Positions 25,146-38,340 are shown, numbered from the stretch's first letter. The stretch: DNA of 64,000 nt from Yuukianura sp. NJ FZ-2021 (GCA_046563655.1 JAJCTO010000015.1:124001-188000); one strand, 5' to 3'. Notes: a model not told the origin generated them from the sequence alone. Program-made: numbers and translations.

Positions 25146-25457
25146 TTATCCCAACAAAAAAATTCCTCCGCGTCGGCAACTAGATCCTCCTCTAGAACCG
25201 ATACTGATGCTAAATGAACAATTTTTAACTGTACACTTCACTGGTTGTCTTAATTTTGGTCATATGTGACCTTTGACACGATTGGAGCCCACTAGTGGAC
25301 TCCTAAACTGAAATGAGAGCCGTGAAATCGACTCTGTACACTTTTAACGATGCTCAACCGCAGCTGATGCATGAAATTTCACTATTTTTTCAAAATTTTT
25401 GGGTCAAACGCATTTGACCTTTTGTGACCTCACTGACCTTTGGTAGTTGTGACGCGA

Positions 25458-25467
25458 ACGGTCGCCA
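25458..25467 (-). promoter_or_regulatory. Primer-binding site TGGCGACCGT (tRNA-Arg-like) of the Gag-B unit
   Basis: Same 10-mer and same CA spacer after ...GCTACA as in the Gag-A unit. Confidence 0.75.
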
Positions 25468-25469
25468 TG

Positions 25470-25824
25470 TGTAGCGTCCTCGCACCGCTACTCCAATAAA
25501 TATGGCCGCAGCCACGCCCTCAGACTCTCATCATTGATCAGCAGACCCACACAACTCCCAAAAGACCAGAAAACTCACCGAAACTCAAAACCACATCTGT
25601 GGTTAAATATATATCAAATATATTTAATAAACTGATGAAATAATCGATGAAACAAATAAAACTAAATAATCATGGCTGATCTCAAATCTCCACTCTGTCG
25701 TAACACAAAAATCAGACTGATCTCTACTATATACAAAAACCTATCCTCGCTCGCTCCTCGCCTCACTTCAAATCTCCCGCGAGCCACATCCTCATCTCAT
25801 CTTACCCCTACTCTAGTCGCTACA
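25470..25824 (-). repeat. LTR-B (355 bp)
   Basis: 7-bp terminal inverted repeat TGTAGCG...CGCTACA. TATATA near 25730 and minus-strand ATTAAA near 25626. Followed by the PBS. Confidence 0.85.
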
Positions 25825-25850
25825 CTATGCTAACGGATGAGCAGGCGTCT

Positions 25851-28800
25851 CACATTCAATGATATCGGTCAATAAATACCATTATCAGTCACGTCCTGTA
25901 CATGCTGTTTGTATTGAGGCGTATACATTGACGTACCTAAGCAATTTTTTTGAGTGAAACCCACACAGTCTACCGGTGGCGTGCGTATCTTCACCTGGAT
26001 TCTAATCTCTCTGCAACTTTGCTCGTGAAAAAGAACAGTTGTTTGATTCAAAACTTTGTTCATAAAGGTATATTCTTACGATCAGGGTCTAATTTAGCCT
26101 TTGAAGGAATTTCTTGGAATAAGAAGTACACTACAAGTTTTCCTAGGAATTCTGAGCCGTGACAGGCGCTATGTACAAAAGACGAATATAGTTGTTAGGT
26201 CTCAACACCACCGGTAGCAAAGCGAATTACGAAGGCAAATACAGTCCATTGCACACTTTCACTCAATGATATCGGTCACCAAAAACCATCAGCAGTCACG
26301 TCCTTTATATGCTGTTTGTATTGAGGCGTATACATTGAAGTTCCTAAGCAATTTTTTTGAGTGAAACCCACACAGTCTACCGGTGGCAAGCGTATCTTCA
26401 CCTGGATTCTAATCTGTCTGCAACTTTGCTCGTGAAAGAGAACCATTGTTTGATTCAAAACTTTGTTCATAAAGGTATATTCTTACGATCAGGGTCTAAT
26501 TTAGCCTATGAAGGAATTTCTTGGGAATAAGAAGTACACTTCAAGTTTTCCTAGGAATTCTGAGCCGTGACAGGCGCTATGTACAAAAGACGAATATAGT
26601 TGTTAGGTTTCGACACCACCGGTAGCAAAGCGGATTTCGAAAGCAAATACAGTCCGTTGCACACTTTCACTCAATGATATCGCCCACCAAAAACCATTAG
26701 CAGTCACGTCCTGTACATGCTGTTTGTATTGAGGCGTATACATTGACGTTCCTAAGCAATTTTTTTGAGTGAAACCCATACAGTCTACCGGTGGCAAGCG
26801 TATCTTCACCTGGATTCTAATCTGTCTGTAACTTTGCTCGTGAAAGAGAACCACTGTTTGATTCAAAACTTTGATCATAAAGTTTTATTCTTACGATCAG
26901 GGTCTAATTTAGCCTTTGAAGGAATTTCTTGGAATGGGAAGTACACTTCAAGTTTTCCTCGGAATTCTCAGCCGTGACAGGCGACATGAACAAAAGACGA
27001 ATAAAGTTGTTAGGTCTCGACACCACCGGTAGCAAAGCGGATTTGGAAAGCAAATACTGTCCGTTGCACACTTTCACTCAATGATATCGCTCACCAAAAA
27101 CCATTAGCAGTCACGTCCTGTACATGCTGTTTGTATTGTGGCGTATAAATTGACGTTCCTAAGCAATTTTTTTGAGTGAAACCCACACAGTCTACCGGTG
27201 GCAAGCGTATCTTCACCTGGATTCTAATCTGTCTGTAACTTTGCTCGTGAAAAAGAACAGTTGTTTGATTCAAAACTTTGTTCATAAGTCTAACAGTGTT
27301 ATTCTTACCATCAGGTTCTAATTTAGCTTTGAAGGAATTTCTTGGAATGGGAAGAACACTTCAAGTTTTCCTAGGAATTCTTAGCCGTGACAGGCGCTAT
27401 GTACAAAAGACGAATAAAGTTGTTAGGTCTCGACACCACCGGTAGCAAAGCGGATTTGGAAAGCAAATACTGTCCGTTGCACACTTTCACTCAATGATAT
27501 CGGTCACCAAAAACCATTAGCAGTCACGTCCTGTACATGCTGTTTGTATTGAGGCGTATACATTGACGTTCCTAAGCAATTTTTTTGAGTGAAACCCATA
27601 CAGTCTACCGGTGGCAAGCGTATCTTCACCTGGATTCTAATCTGTCTGTAACTTTGCTCGTGAAAAAGAACAGTTGTTTGATTCAAAACTTTGTTCATAA
27701 GTCTAACAGTGTTATTCTTACCATCAGGTTCTAATTTAGCTTTGAAGGAATTTCTTGGAATGGGAAGAACACTTCAAGTTTTCCTAGGAATTCTTAGCCG
27801 TGACACGCGACATGAACAAAAGACGAATATAGTTGTTAGGTCTCAACACCACCGGTAGCAAAGCGGATTACGAAGGCAAATACAGTCCATTGCACACTTT
27901 CACTCAATGATATCGGTCACCAAAAACCATTAGCAGTCACGTCCTGTACATGCTGTTTGTATTGAGGCGTATACATTGACGTTCCTAAGCAATTTTTTTG
28001 AGTGAAACCCATACAGTCTACCGGTGGCAAGCGTATCTTCACCTGGATTCTAATCTGTCTGTAACTTTGCTCGTGAAAAAGAACAGTTGCTTGATTCAAA
28101 ACTTTGTTCATAAGTCTAACAGTTTTATTCTTACCATCAGGTTCTAATTTAGCCTTTGAAGGAATTTCTTGGAATGGGAAGTACACTTCAAGTTTTCCTC
28201 GGAATTCTCAGCCGTGACAGGCGACATGAACAAAAGACGAATAAAGTTGTTAGGTCTCGACACCACCGGTAGCAAAGCGGATTACGAAGGCAAATACAGT
28301 CCATTGCACACTTTCACTCAATGATATCGGTCACCAAAAACCATTAGCAGTCACGTCCTGTACATGCTGTTTGTATTGAGGCGTATACATTGACGTTCCT
28401 AAGCAATTTTTTTGAGTGAAACCCATACAGTCTACCGGTGGCAAGCGTATCTTCACCTGGATTCTAATCTGTCTGTAACTTTGCTCGTGAAAAAGAACAG
28501 TTGTTTGATTCAAAACTTTGTTCATAAGTCTAACAGTGTTATTCTTACCATCAGGTTCTAATTTAGCTTTGAAGGAATTTCTTGGAATGGGAAGAACACT
28601 TCAAGTTTTCCTAGGAATTCTTAGCCGTGACACGCGACATGAACAAAAGACGAATATAGTTGTTAGGTCTCAACACCACCGGTAGCAAAGCGGATTACGA
28701 AGGCAAATACAGTCCATTGCACACTTTCACTCAATGATATCGGTCACCAAAAACCATTAGCAGTCACGTCCTGTACATGCTGTTTGTATTGAGGCGTATA

Positions 28801-31800
28801 CATTGACGTTCCTAAGCAATTTTTTGAGTGAAACCCATACAGTCTACCGGTGGCAAGCGTATCTTCACCTGGATTCTAATCTGTCTGTAACTTTGCTCGT
28901 GAAAAAGAACAGTTGTTTGATTCAAAACTTTGTTCATAAGTCTAACAGTGTTATTCTTACCATCAGGTTCTAATTTACCTTTGAAGGAATTTCTTGGAAT
29001 GGGAAGAACACTTCAAGTTTTCCTAGGAATTCTTAGCCGTGACAGGCGCTATGTACAAAAGACGAATATAGTTGTTAGGTCTCAACACCACCGGTAGCAA
29101 AGCGGATTACGAAGGCAAATACAGTCCGTTGCACACTTTCACTCAATGATATCGGTCACCAAAAACCATTAGCAGTCACGTCCTGTACATGCTGTTTGTA
29201 TTGAGGCGTATACATTGACGTTCCTAAGCAATTTTTTTGAGTGAAACCCACACAGTCTACCCGTGGCAAGCGTATCTTCACCTGGATTCTAATCTGTCTG
29301 TAACTTTGCTCGTGAAAAAGAACAGTTGTTTGATTCAAAACTTTGTTCATAAGTCTAACAGTTTTATTCTTACCATCAGGTTCTAATTTAGCCTTTGAAG
29401 GAATTTCTTGGAATGGGAAGTACACTTCAAGTTTTCCTCGGAATTCTCAGCCGTGACACGCGACATGAACAAAAGACGAATAAAGTTGTTAGGTCTCGAC
29501 ACCACCGGTAGCAAAGCGGATTACGAAGGCAAATACAGTCCATTGCACACTTTCACTCAATGATATCGGTCACCAAAAACCATTAGCAGTCACGTCCTGT
29601 ACATGCTGTTTGTATTGAGGCGTATACATTGACGTTCCTAAGCAATTTTTTTGAGTGAAACCCATACAGTCTACCCGTGGCAAGCGTATCTTCACCTGGA
29701 TTCTAATCTGTCTGTAACTTTGCTCGTGAAAAAGAACAGTTGTTTGATTCAAAACTTTGTTCATAAGTCTAACAGTGTTATTCTTACCATCAGGTTCTAA
29801 TTTAGCTTTGAAGGAATTTCTTGGAATGGGAAGAACACTTCAAGTTTTCCTCGGAATTCTCAGCCGTGACACGCGACATGAACAAAAGACGAATAAAGTT
29901 GTTAGGTCTCGACACCACCGGTAGCAAAGCGGATTACGAAGGCAAATACAGTCCATTGCACACTTTCACTCAATGATATCGGTCACCAAAAACCATTAGC
30001 AGTCACGTCCTGTACATGCTGTTTGTATTGAGGCGTATACATTGACGTTCCTAAGCAATTTTTTGAGTGAAACCCACACAGTCTACCCGTGGCAAGCGTA
30101 TCTTCACCTGGATTCTAATCTGTCTGTAACTTTGCTCGTGAAAAAGAACAGTTGTTTGATTCAAAACTTTGTTCATAAGTCTAACAGTTTTATTCTTACC
30201 ATCAGGTTCTAATTTAGCCTTTGAAGGAATTTCTTGGAATGGGAAGTACACTTCAAGTTTTCCTCGGAATTCTCAGCCGTGACACGCGACATGAACAAAA
30301 GACGAATAAAGTTGTTAGGTCTCGACACCACCGGTAGCAAAGCGGATTACGAAGGCAAATACAGTCCATTGCACACTTTCACTCAATGATATCGGTCACC
30401 AAAAACCATTAGCAGTCACGTCCTGTACATGCTGTTTGTATTGAGGCGTATACATTGACGTTCCTAAGCAATTTTTTTGAGTGAAACCCATACAGTCTAC
30501 CCGTGGCAAGCGTATCTTCACCTGGATTCTAATCTGTCTGTAACTTTGCTCGTGAAAAAGAACAGTTGTTTGATTCAAAACTTTGTTCATAAGTCTAACA
30601 GTGTTATTCTTACCATCAGGTTCTAATTTAGCTTTGAAGGAATTTCTTGGAATGGGAAGAACACTTCAAGTTTTCCTCGGAATTCTCAGCCGTGACACGC
30701 GACATGAACAAAAGACGAATAAAGTTGTTAGGTCTCGACACCACCGGTAGCAAAGCGGATTACGAAGGCAAATACAGTCCATTGCACACTTTCACTCAAT
30801 GATATCGGTCACCAAAAACCATTAGCAGTCACGTCCTGTACATGCTGTTTGTATTGAGGCGTATACATTGACGTTCCTAAGCAATTTTTTTGAGTGAAAC
30901 CCATACAGTCTACCGGTGGCAAGCGTATCTTCACCTGGATTCTAATCTGTCTGTAACTTTGCTCGTGAAGGAGAACCACCGTTTGATTCAAAACTTTGAT
31001 CATAAAGTTTTATTCTTACGATCAGGGTCTAATTTAGCCTTTGAAGGAATTTCTTGGAATGGGAAGTACACTTCAAGTTTTCCTCGGAATTCTCAGCCGT
31101 GACAGGCGATATGTACAAAAGACGAATATAGTTGTTAGGTCTCAACACCACCGGTAGCAAAGCGGATTTCGAAAGCAAATACAGTCCGTTGCACACTTTC
31201 ACTCAATGATATCTCTCACCAAAAACCATTAGCAGTCACGTCCTGTACATGCTGTTTGTATTGAGGCGTATACATTGACGTTCCTAAGCAATTTTTTTGA
31301 GTGAAACCCACACAGTCTACCCGTGGCAAGCGTATCTTCACCTGGATTCTAATCTGTCTGTAACTTTGCTCGTGAAAAAGAACAGTTGTTTGATTCAAAA
31401 CTTTGTTCATAAGTCTAACAGTTTTATTCTTACCATCAGGTTCTAATTTAGCCTTTGAAGGAATTTCTTGGAATGGGAAGTACACTTCAAGTTTTCCTCG
31501 GAATTCTCAGCCGTGACACGCGACATGAACAAAAGACGAATAAAGTTGTTAGGTCTCGACACCACCGGTAGCAAAGCGGATTACGAAGGCAAATACAGTC
31601 CATTGCACACTTTCACTCAATGATATCGGTCACCAAAAACCATTAGCAGTCACGTCCTGTACATGCTGTTTGTATTGAGGCGTATACATTGACGTTCCTA
31701 AGCAATTTTTTTGAGTGAAACCCATACAGTCTACCCGTGGCAAGCGTATCTTCACCTGGATTCTAATCTGTCTGTAACTTTGCTCGTGAAAAAGAACAGT

Positions 31801-34800
31801 TGTTTGATTCAAAACTTTGTTCATAAGTCTAACAGTGTTATTCTTACCATCAGGTTCTAATTTAGCTTTGAAGGAATTTCTTGGAATGGGAAGAACACTT
31901 CAAGTTTTCCTCGGAATTCTCAGCCGTGACACGCGACATGAACAAAAGACGAATAAAGTTGTTAGGTCTCGACACCACCGGTAGCAAAGCGGATTACGAA
32001 GGCAAATACAGTCCATTGCACACTTTCACTCAATGATATCGGTCACCAAAAACCATTAGCAGTCACGTCCTGTACATGCTGTTTGTATTGAGGCGTATAC
32101 ATTGACGTTCCTAAGCAATTTTTTTGAGTGAAACCCGTACAGTCTACCCGTGGCAAGCGTATCTTCACCTGGATTCTAATCTGTCTGTAACTTTGCTCGT
32201 GAAAAAGAACAGTTGTTTGATTCAAAACTTTGTTCATAAGTCTAACAGTGTTATTCTTACCATCAGGTTCTAATTTAGCTTTGAAGGAATTTCTTGAAAT
32301 GGGAAGAACACTTCAAGTTTTCCTAGGAATTCTTAGCCGTGACACGCGACATGAACAAAAGACGAATATAGTTGTTAGGTCTCAACACCACCGGTAGCAA
32401 AGCGGATTACGAAGGCAAATACAGTCCATTGCACACTTTCACTCAATGATATCGGTCACCAAAAACCATTAGCAGTCACGTCCTGTACATGCTGTTTGTA
32501 TTGAGGCGTATACATTGACGTTCCTAAGCAATTTTTTGAGTGAAACCCATACAGTCTACCGGTGGCAAGCGTATCTTCACCTGGATTCTAATCTGTCTGT
32601 AACTTTGCTCGTGAAAAAGAACAGTTGTTTGATTCAAAACTTTGTTCATAAGTCTAACAGTTTTATTCTTACCATCAGGTTCTAATTTAGCCTTTGAAGG
32701 AATTTCTTGGAATGGGAAGTACACTTCAAGTTTTCCTCGGAATTCTCAGCCGTGACAGGCGACATGAACAAAAGACGAATAAAGTTGTTAGGTCTCGACA
32801 CCACCGGTAGCAAAGCGGATTACGAAGGCAAATACAGTCCATTGCACACTTTCACTCAATGATATCGGTCACCAAAAACCATTAGCAGTCACGTCCTGTA
32901 CATGCTGTTTGTATTGAGGCGTATACATTGACGTTCCTAAGCAATTTTTTTGAGTGAAACCCATACAGTCTACCGGTGGCAAGCGTATCTTCACCTGGAT
33001 TCTAATCTGTCTGTAACTTTACTCGTGAAAAAGAACAGTTGTTTGATTCAAAACTTTGTTCATAAGTCTAACAGTGTTATTCTTACCATCAGGTTCTAAT
33101 TTAGCTTTGAAGGAATTTCTTGGAATGGGAAGAACACTTCAAGTTTTCCTAGGAATTCTTAGCCGTGACACGCGACATGAACAAAAGACGAATATAGTTG
33201 TTAGGTCTCAACACCACCGGTAGCAAAGCGGATTACGAAGGCAAATACAGTCCATTGCACACTTTCACTCAATGATATCGGTCACCAAAAACCATTAGCA
33301 GTCATGTCCTGTACATGCTGTTTGTATTGAGGCGTATACATTGACGTTCCTAAGCAATTTTTTGAGTGAAACCCATACAGTCTACCGGTGGCAAGCGTAT
33401 CTTCACCTGGATTCTAATCTGTCTGTAACTTTGCTCGTGAAAAAGAACAGTTGTTTGATTCAAAACTTTGTTCATAAGTCTAACAGTGTTATTCTTACCA
33501 TCAGGTTCTAATTTACCTTTGAAGGAATTTCTTGGAATGGGAAGAACACTTCAAGTTTTCCTAGGAATTCTTAGCCGTGACAGGCGCTATGTACAAAAGA
33601 CGAATATAGTTGTTAGGTCTCAACACCACCGGTAGCAAAGCGGATTACGAAGGCAAATACAGTCCATTGCACACTTTCACTCAATGATATCGGTCACCAA
33701 AAACCATTAGCAGTCACGTCCTGTACATGCTGTTTGTATTGAGGCGTATACATTGACGTTCCTAAGCAATTTTTTTGAGTGAAACCCATACAGTCTACCG
33801 GTGGCAAGCGTATCTTCACCTGGATTCTAATCTGTCTGTAACTTTGCTCGTGAAAAAGAACAGTTGTTTGATTCAAAACTTTGTTCACAAGTCTAACAGT
33901 TTTATTCTTACCATCAGGTTCTAATTTAGCCTTTGAAGGAATTTCTTGGAATGGGAAGTACACTTCAAGTTTTCCTAGGAATTCTGAGCCGTGACACGCG
34001 ACATGAACAAAAGACGAATATAGTTGTTAGGTCTCAACACCACCGGTAGCAAAGCGGATTTCGAAAGCAAATACAGTCCGTTGCACACTTTCACTCAATG
34101 ATATCGGTCACCAAAAACCATTTGCAGTCACGTCCTTTATATGCTGTTTGTAGTGAGGCGTATACATTGACGTTCCTAAGCAATTTTTTGAGTGAAACCC
34201 ACACAGTCTACCGGTGGCAAGCGTATCTTCACCTGGATTCTAATCTGTCTGTAACTTTTCTCGTGAAAGAGAACCACTGTTTGATTCAAAACTTTGTTCA
34301 TAAAGTTTTATTCTTAGGATCAGGGTCTAATTTAGCCTTTGAAGGAATTTCTTGGAATGGGAAGTACACTTCAAGTTTTCCTAGGAATTCTTAGCCGTGA
34401 CAGGCGCTATGTACAAAAGACGAATATAGTTGTTAGGTCTCAACACCACCGGTAGCAAAGCGGATTACGAAGGCAAATACAGTCCATTGCACACTTTCAC
34501 TCAATGATATCGGTCACCAAAAACCATTAGCAGTCACGTCCTGTACATGCTGTTTGTATTGAGGCGTATACATTGACGTTCCTAAGCAATTTTTTTGAGT
34601 GAAACCCATACAGTCTACCGGTGGCAAGCGTATCTTCACCTGGATTCTAATCTGTCTGTAACTTTGCTCGTGAAAAAGAACAGTTGTTTGATTCAAAACT
34701 TTGTTCACAAGTCTAACAGTTTTATTCTTACCATCAGGTTCTAATTTAGCCTTTGAAGGAATTTCTTGGAATGGGAAGTACACTTCAAGTTTTCCTAGGA

Positions 34801-37800
34801 ATTCTGAGCCGTGACACGCGACATGAACAAAAGACGAATATAGTTGTTAGGTCTCAACACCACCGGTAGCAAAGCGGATTTCGAAAGCAAATACAGTCCG
34901 TTGCACACTTTCACTCAATGATATCGGTCACCAAAAACCATTTGCAGTCACGTCCTTTATATGCTGTTTGTAGTGAGGCGTATACATTGACGTTCCTAAG
35001 CAATTTTTTTGAGTGAAACCCACACAGTCTACCGGTGGCAAGCGTATCTTCACCTGGATTCTAATCTGTCTGTAACTTTTCTCGTGAAAGAGAACCACTG
35101 TTTGATTCAAAACTTTGTTCATAAAGTTTTATTCTTAGGATCAGGGTCTAATTTAGCCTTTGAAGGAATTTCTTGGAATGGGAAGTACACTTCAAGTTTT
35201 CCTCGGAATTCTCAGCCGTGACAGGCGACATGAACAAAAGACGAATAAAGTTGTTAGGTCTCGACACCACCGGTAGCAAAGCGGATTTGGAAAGCAAATA
35301 CTGTCCGTTGCACACTTTCACTCAATGATATCGCTCACCAAAAACCATTAGCAGTCACGTCCTGTACATGCTGTTTGTATTGTGGCGTATAAATTGACGT
35401 TCCTAAGCAATTTTTTGAGTGAAACCCACACAGTCTACCGGTGGCAAGTGTATCTTCACCTGGATTCTAATCTGTCTGTAACTTTGCTCGTGAAAGAGAA
35501 CCACTGTTTGATTCAAAACTTTGATCATAAAGTTTTATTCTTACGATCAGGGTCTAATTTAGCCTCTGAAGGAATTTCTTGGAATGGGAAGTACACTTCA
35601 AGTTTTCCTAGGAATTCTGAGCCGTGACAGGCGCTATGTACAAAAGACGAATATAGTTGTTAGGTCTCAACACCACCGGTAGCAAAGCGGATTACGAAGG
35701 CAAATACAGTCCATTGCACACTTTCACTCAATGATATCGGTCACCAAAAACCATTAGCAGTCACGTCCTGTACATGCTGTTTGTATTGAGGCGTATACAT
35801 TGACGTTCCTAAGCAATTTTTTGAGTGAAACCCATACAGTCTACCGGTGGCAAGCGTATCTTCACCTGGATTCTAATCTGTCTGTAACTTTGCTCGTGAA
35901 AAAGAACAGTTGTTTGATTCAAAACTTTGTTCATAAGTCTAACAGTTTTATTCTTACCATCAGGTTCTAATTTAGCCTTTGAAGGAATTTCTTGGAATGG
36001 GAAGTACACTTCAAGTTTTCCTCGGAATTCTCAGCCGTGACAGGCGACATGAACAAAAGACGAATAAAGTTGTTAGGTCTCGACACCACCGGTAGCAAAG
36101 CGGATTACGAAGGCAAATACAGTCCATTGCACACTTTCACTCAATGATATCGGTCACCAAAAACCATTAGCAGTCACGTCCTGTACATGCTGTTTGTATT
36201 GAGGCGTATACATTGACGTTCCTAAGCAATTTTTTGAGTGAAACCCATACAGTCTACCGGTGGCAAGCGTATCTTCACCTGGATTCTAATCTGTCTGTAA
36301 CTTTACTCGTGAAAAAGAACAGTTGTTTGATTCAAAACTTTGTTCATAAGTCTAACAGTGTTATTCTTACCATCAGGTTCTAATTTAGCTTTGAAGGAAT
36401 TTCTTGGAATGGGAAGAACACTTCAAGTTTTCCTAGGAATTCTTAGCCGTGACACGCGACATGAACAAAAGACGAATATAGTTGTTAGGTCTCAACACCA
36501 CCGGTAGCAAAGCGGATTACGAAGGCAAATACAGTCCATTGCACACTTTCACTCAATGATATCGGTCACCAAAAACCATTAGCAGTCATGTCCTGTACAT
36601 GCTGTTTGTATTGAGGCGTATACATTGACGTTCCTAAGCAATTTTTTGAGTGAAACCCATACAGTCTACCGGTGGCAAGCGTATCTTCACCTGGATTCTA
36701 ATCTGTCTGTAACTTTGCTCGTGAAAAAGAACAGTTGTTTGATTCAAAACTTTGTTCATAAGTCTAACAGTGTTATTCTTACCATCAGGTTCTAATTTAC
36801 CTTTGAAGGAATTTCTTGGAATGGGAAGAACACTTCAAGTTTTCCTAGGAATTCTTAGCCGTGACAGGCGCTATGTACAAAAGACGAATATAGTTGTTAG
36901 GTCTCAACACCACCGGTAGCAAAGCGGATTACGAAGGCAAATACAGTCCATTGCACACTTTCACTCAATGATATCGGTCACCAAAAACCATTAGCAGTCA
37001 CGTCCTGTACATGCTGTTTGTATTGAGGCGTATACATTGACGTTCCTAAGCAATTTTTTTGAGTGAAACCCATACAGTCTACCGGTGGCAAGCGTATCTT
37101 CACCTGGATTCTAATCTGTCTGTAACTTTGCTCGTGAAAAAGAACAGTTGTTTGATTCAAAACTTTGTTCACAAGTCTAACAGTTTTATTCTTACCATCA
37201 GGTTCTAATTTAGCCTTTGAAGGAATTTCTTGGAATGGGAAGTACACTTCAAGTTTTCCTAGGAATTCTGAGCCGTGACACGCGACATGAACAAAAGACG
37301 AATATAGTTGTTAGGTCTCAACACCACCGGTAGCAAAGCGGATTTCGAAAGCAAATACAGTCCGTTGCACACTTTCACTCAATGATATCGGTCACCAAAA
37401 ACCATTTGCAGTCACGTCCTTTATATGCTGTTTGTAGTGAGGCGTATACATTGACGTTCCTAAGCAATTTTTTTGAGTGAAACCCACACAGTCTACCGGT
37501 GGCAAGCGTATCTTCACCTGGATTCTAATCTGTCTGTAACTTTTCTCGTGAAAGAGAACCACTGTTTGATTCAAAACTTTGTTCATAAAGTTTTATTCTT
37601 AGGATCAGGGTCTAATTTAGCCTTTGAAGGAATTTCTTGGAATGGGAAGTACACTTCAAGTTTTCCTCGGAATTCTCAGCCGTGACAGGCGACATGAACA
37701 AAAGACGAATAAAGTTGTTAGGTCTCGACACCACCGGTAGCAAAGCGGATTTGGAAAGCAAATACTGTCCGTTGCACACTTTCACTCAATGATATCGCTC

Positions 37801-38339
37801 ACCAAAAACCATTAGCAGTCACGTCCTGTACATGCTGTTTGTATTGTGGCGTATAAATTGACGTTCCTAAGCAATTTTTTTTGAGTGAAACCCACACAGT
37901 CTACCGGTGGCAAGTGTATCTTCACCTGGATTCTAATCTGTCTGTAACTTTGCTCGTGAAAGAGAACCACTGTTTGATTCAAAACTTTGATCATAAAGTT
38001 TTATTCTTACGATCAGGGTCTAATTTAGCCTCTGAAGGAATTTCTTGGAATGGGAAGTACACTTCAAGTTTTCCTAGGAATTCTGAGCCGTGACAGGCGC
38101 TATGTACAAAAGACGAATATAGTTGTTAGGTCTCAACACCACCGGTAGCAAAGCGGATTACGAAGGCAAATACAGTCCATTGCACACTTTCACTCAATGA
38201 TATCGGTCACCAAAAACCATTAGCAGTCACGTCCTGTACATGCTGTTTGTATTGAGGCGTATACATTGACGTTCCTAAGCAATTTTTTTGAGTGAAACCC
38301 ATACAGTCTACCGGTGGCAAGCGTATCTTCACCTGGATT
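25851..38339. repeat. Satellite B array 1: ~30 units of 407/413/414 bp
   Basis: Spurious ORFs recur every 407-414 bp. Units contain TCAATGATATCGGTCACCAAAAACC, CTACCGGTGGCAAGCG and CCACCGGTAGCAAAGCGG. Confidence 0.97.
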
Positions 38340-38340
38340 T

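Larger units (their letters stand above)
20999..25824 (-). mobile_element. Ty3/gypsy-like LTR retroelement island (LTR-gag-LTR-gag tandem, no pol), copy 1
   Basis: Two TGT...ACA LTR-like segments are each followed on the minus strand by CA + TGGCGACCGT and a gag with capsid and CCHC motifs. No protease, RT or integrase motifs were seen. Confidence 0.85.

Noticed and set aside
21453..25269. Plus-strand ORFs antisense to the gags and short ORFs across the LTRs
   Set aside because: Shadow frames of gag or LTR sequence with no motifs, and several change between the two copies.
26157..26166. CCGTGACAGG in satellite B resembling the continuation of a tRNA-Arg complement
   Set aside because: Only a 10-nt match, variable among units (CCGTGACACG), with no tRNA fold or A/B boxes.
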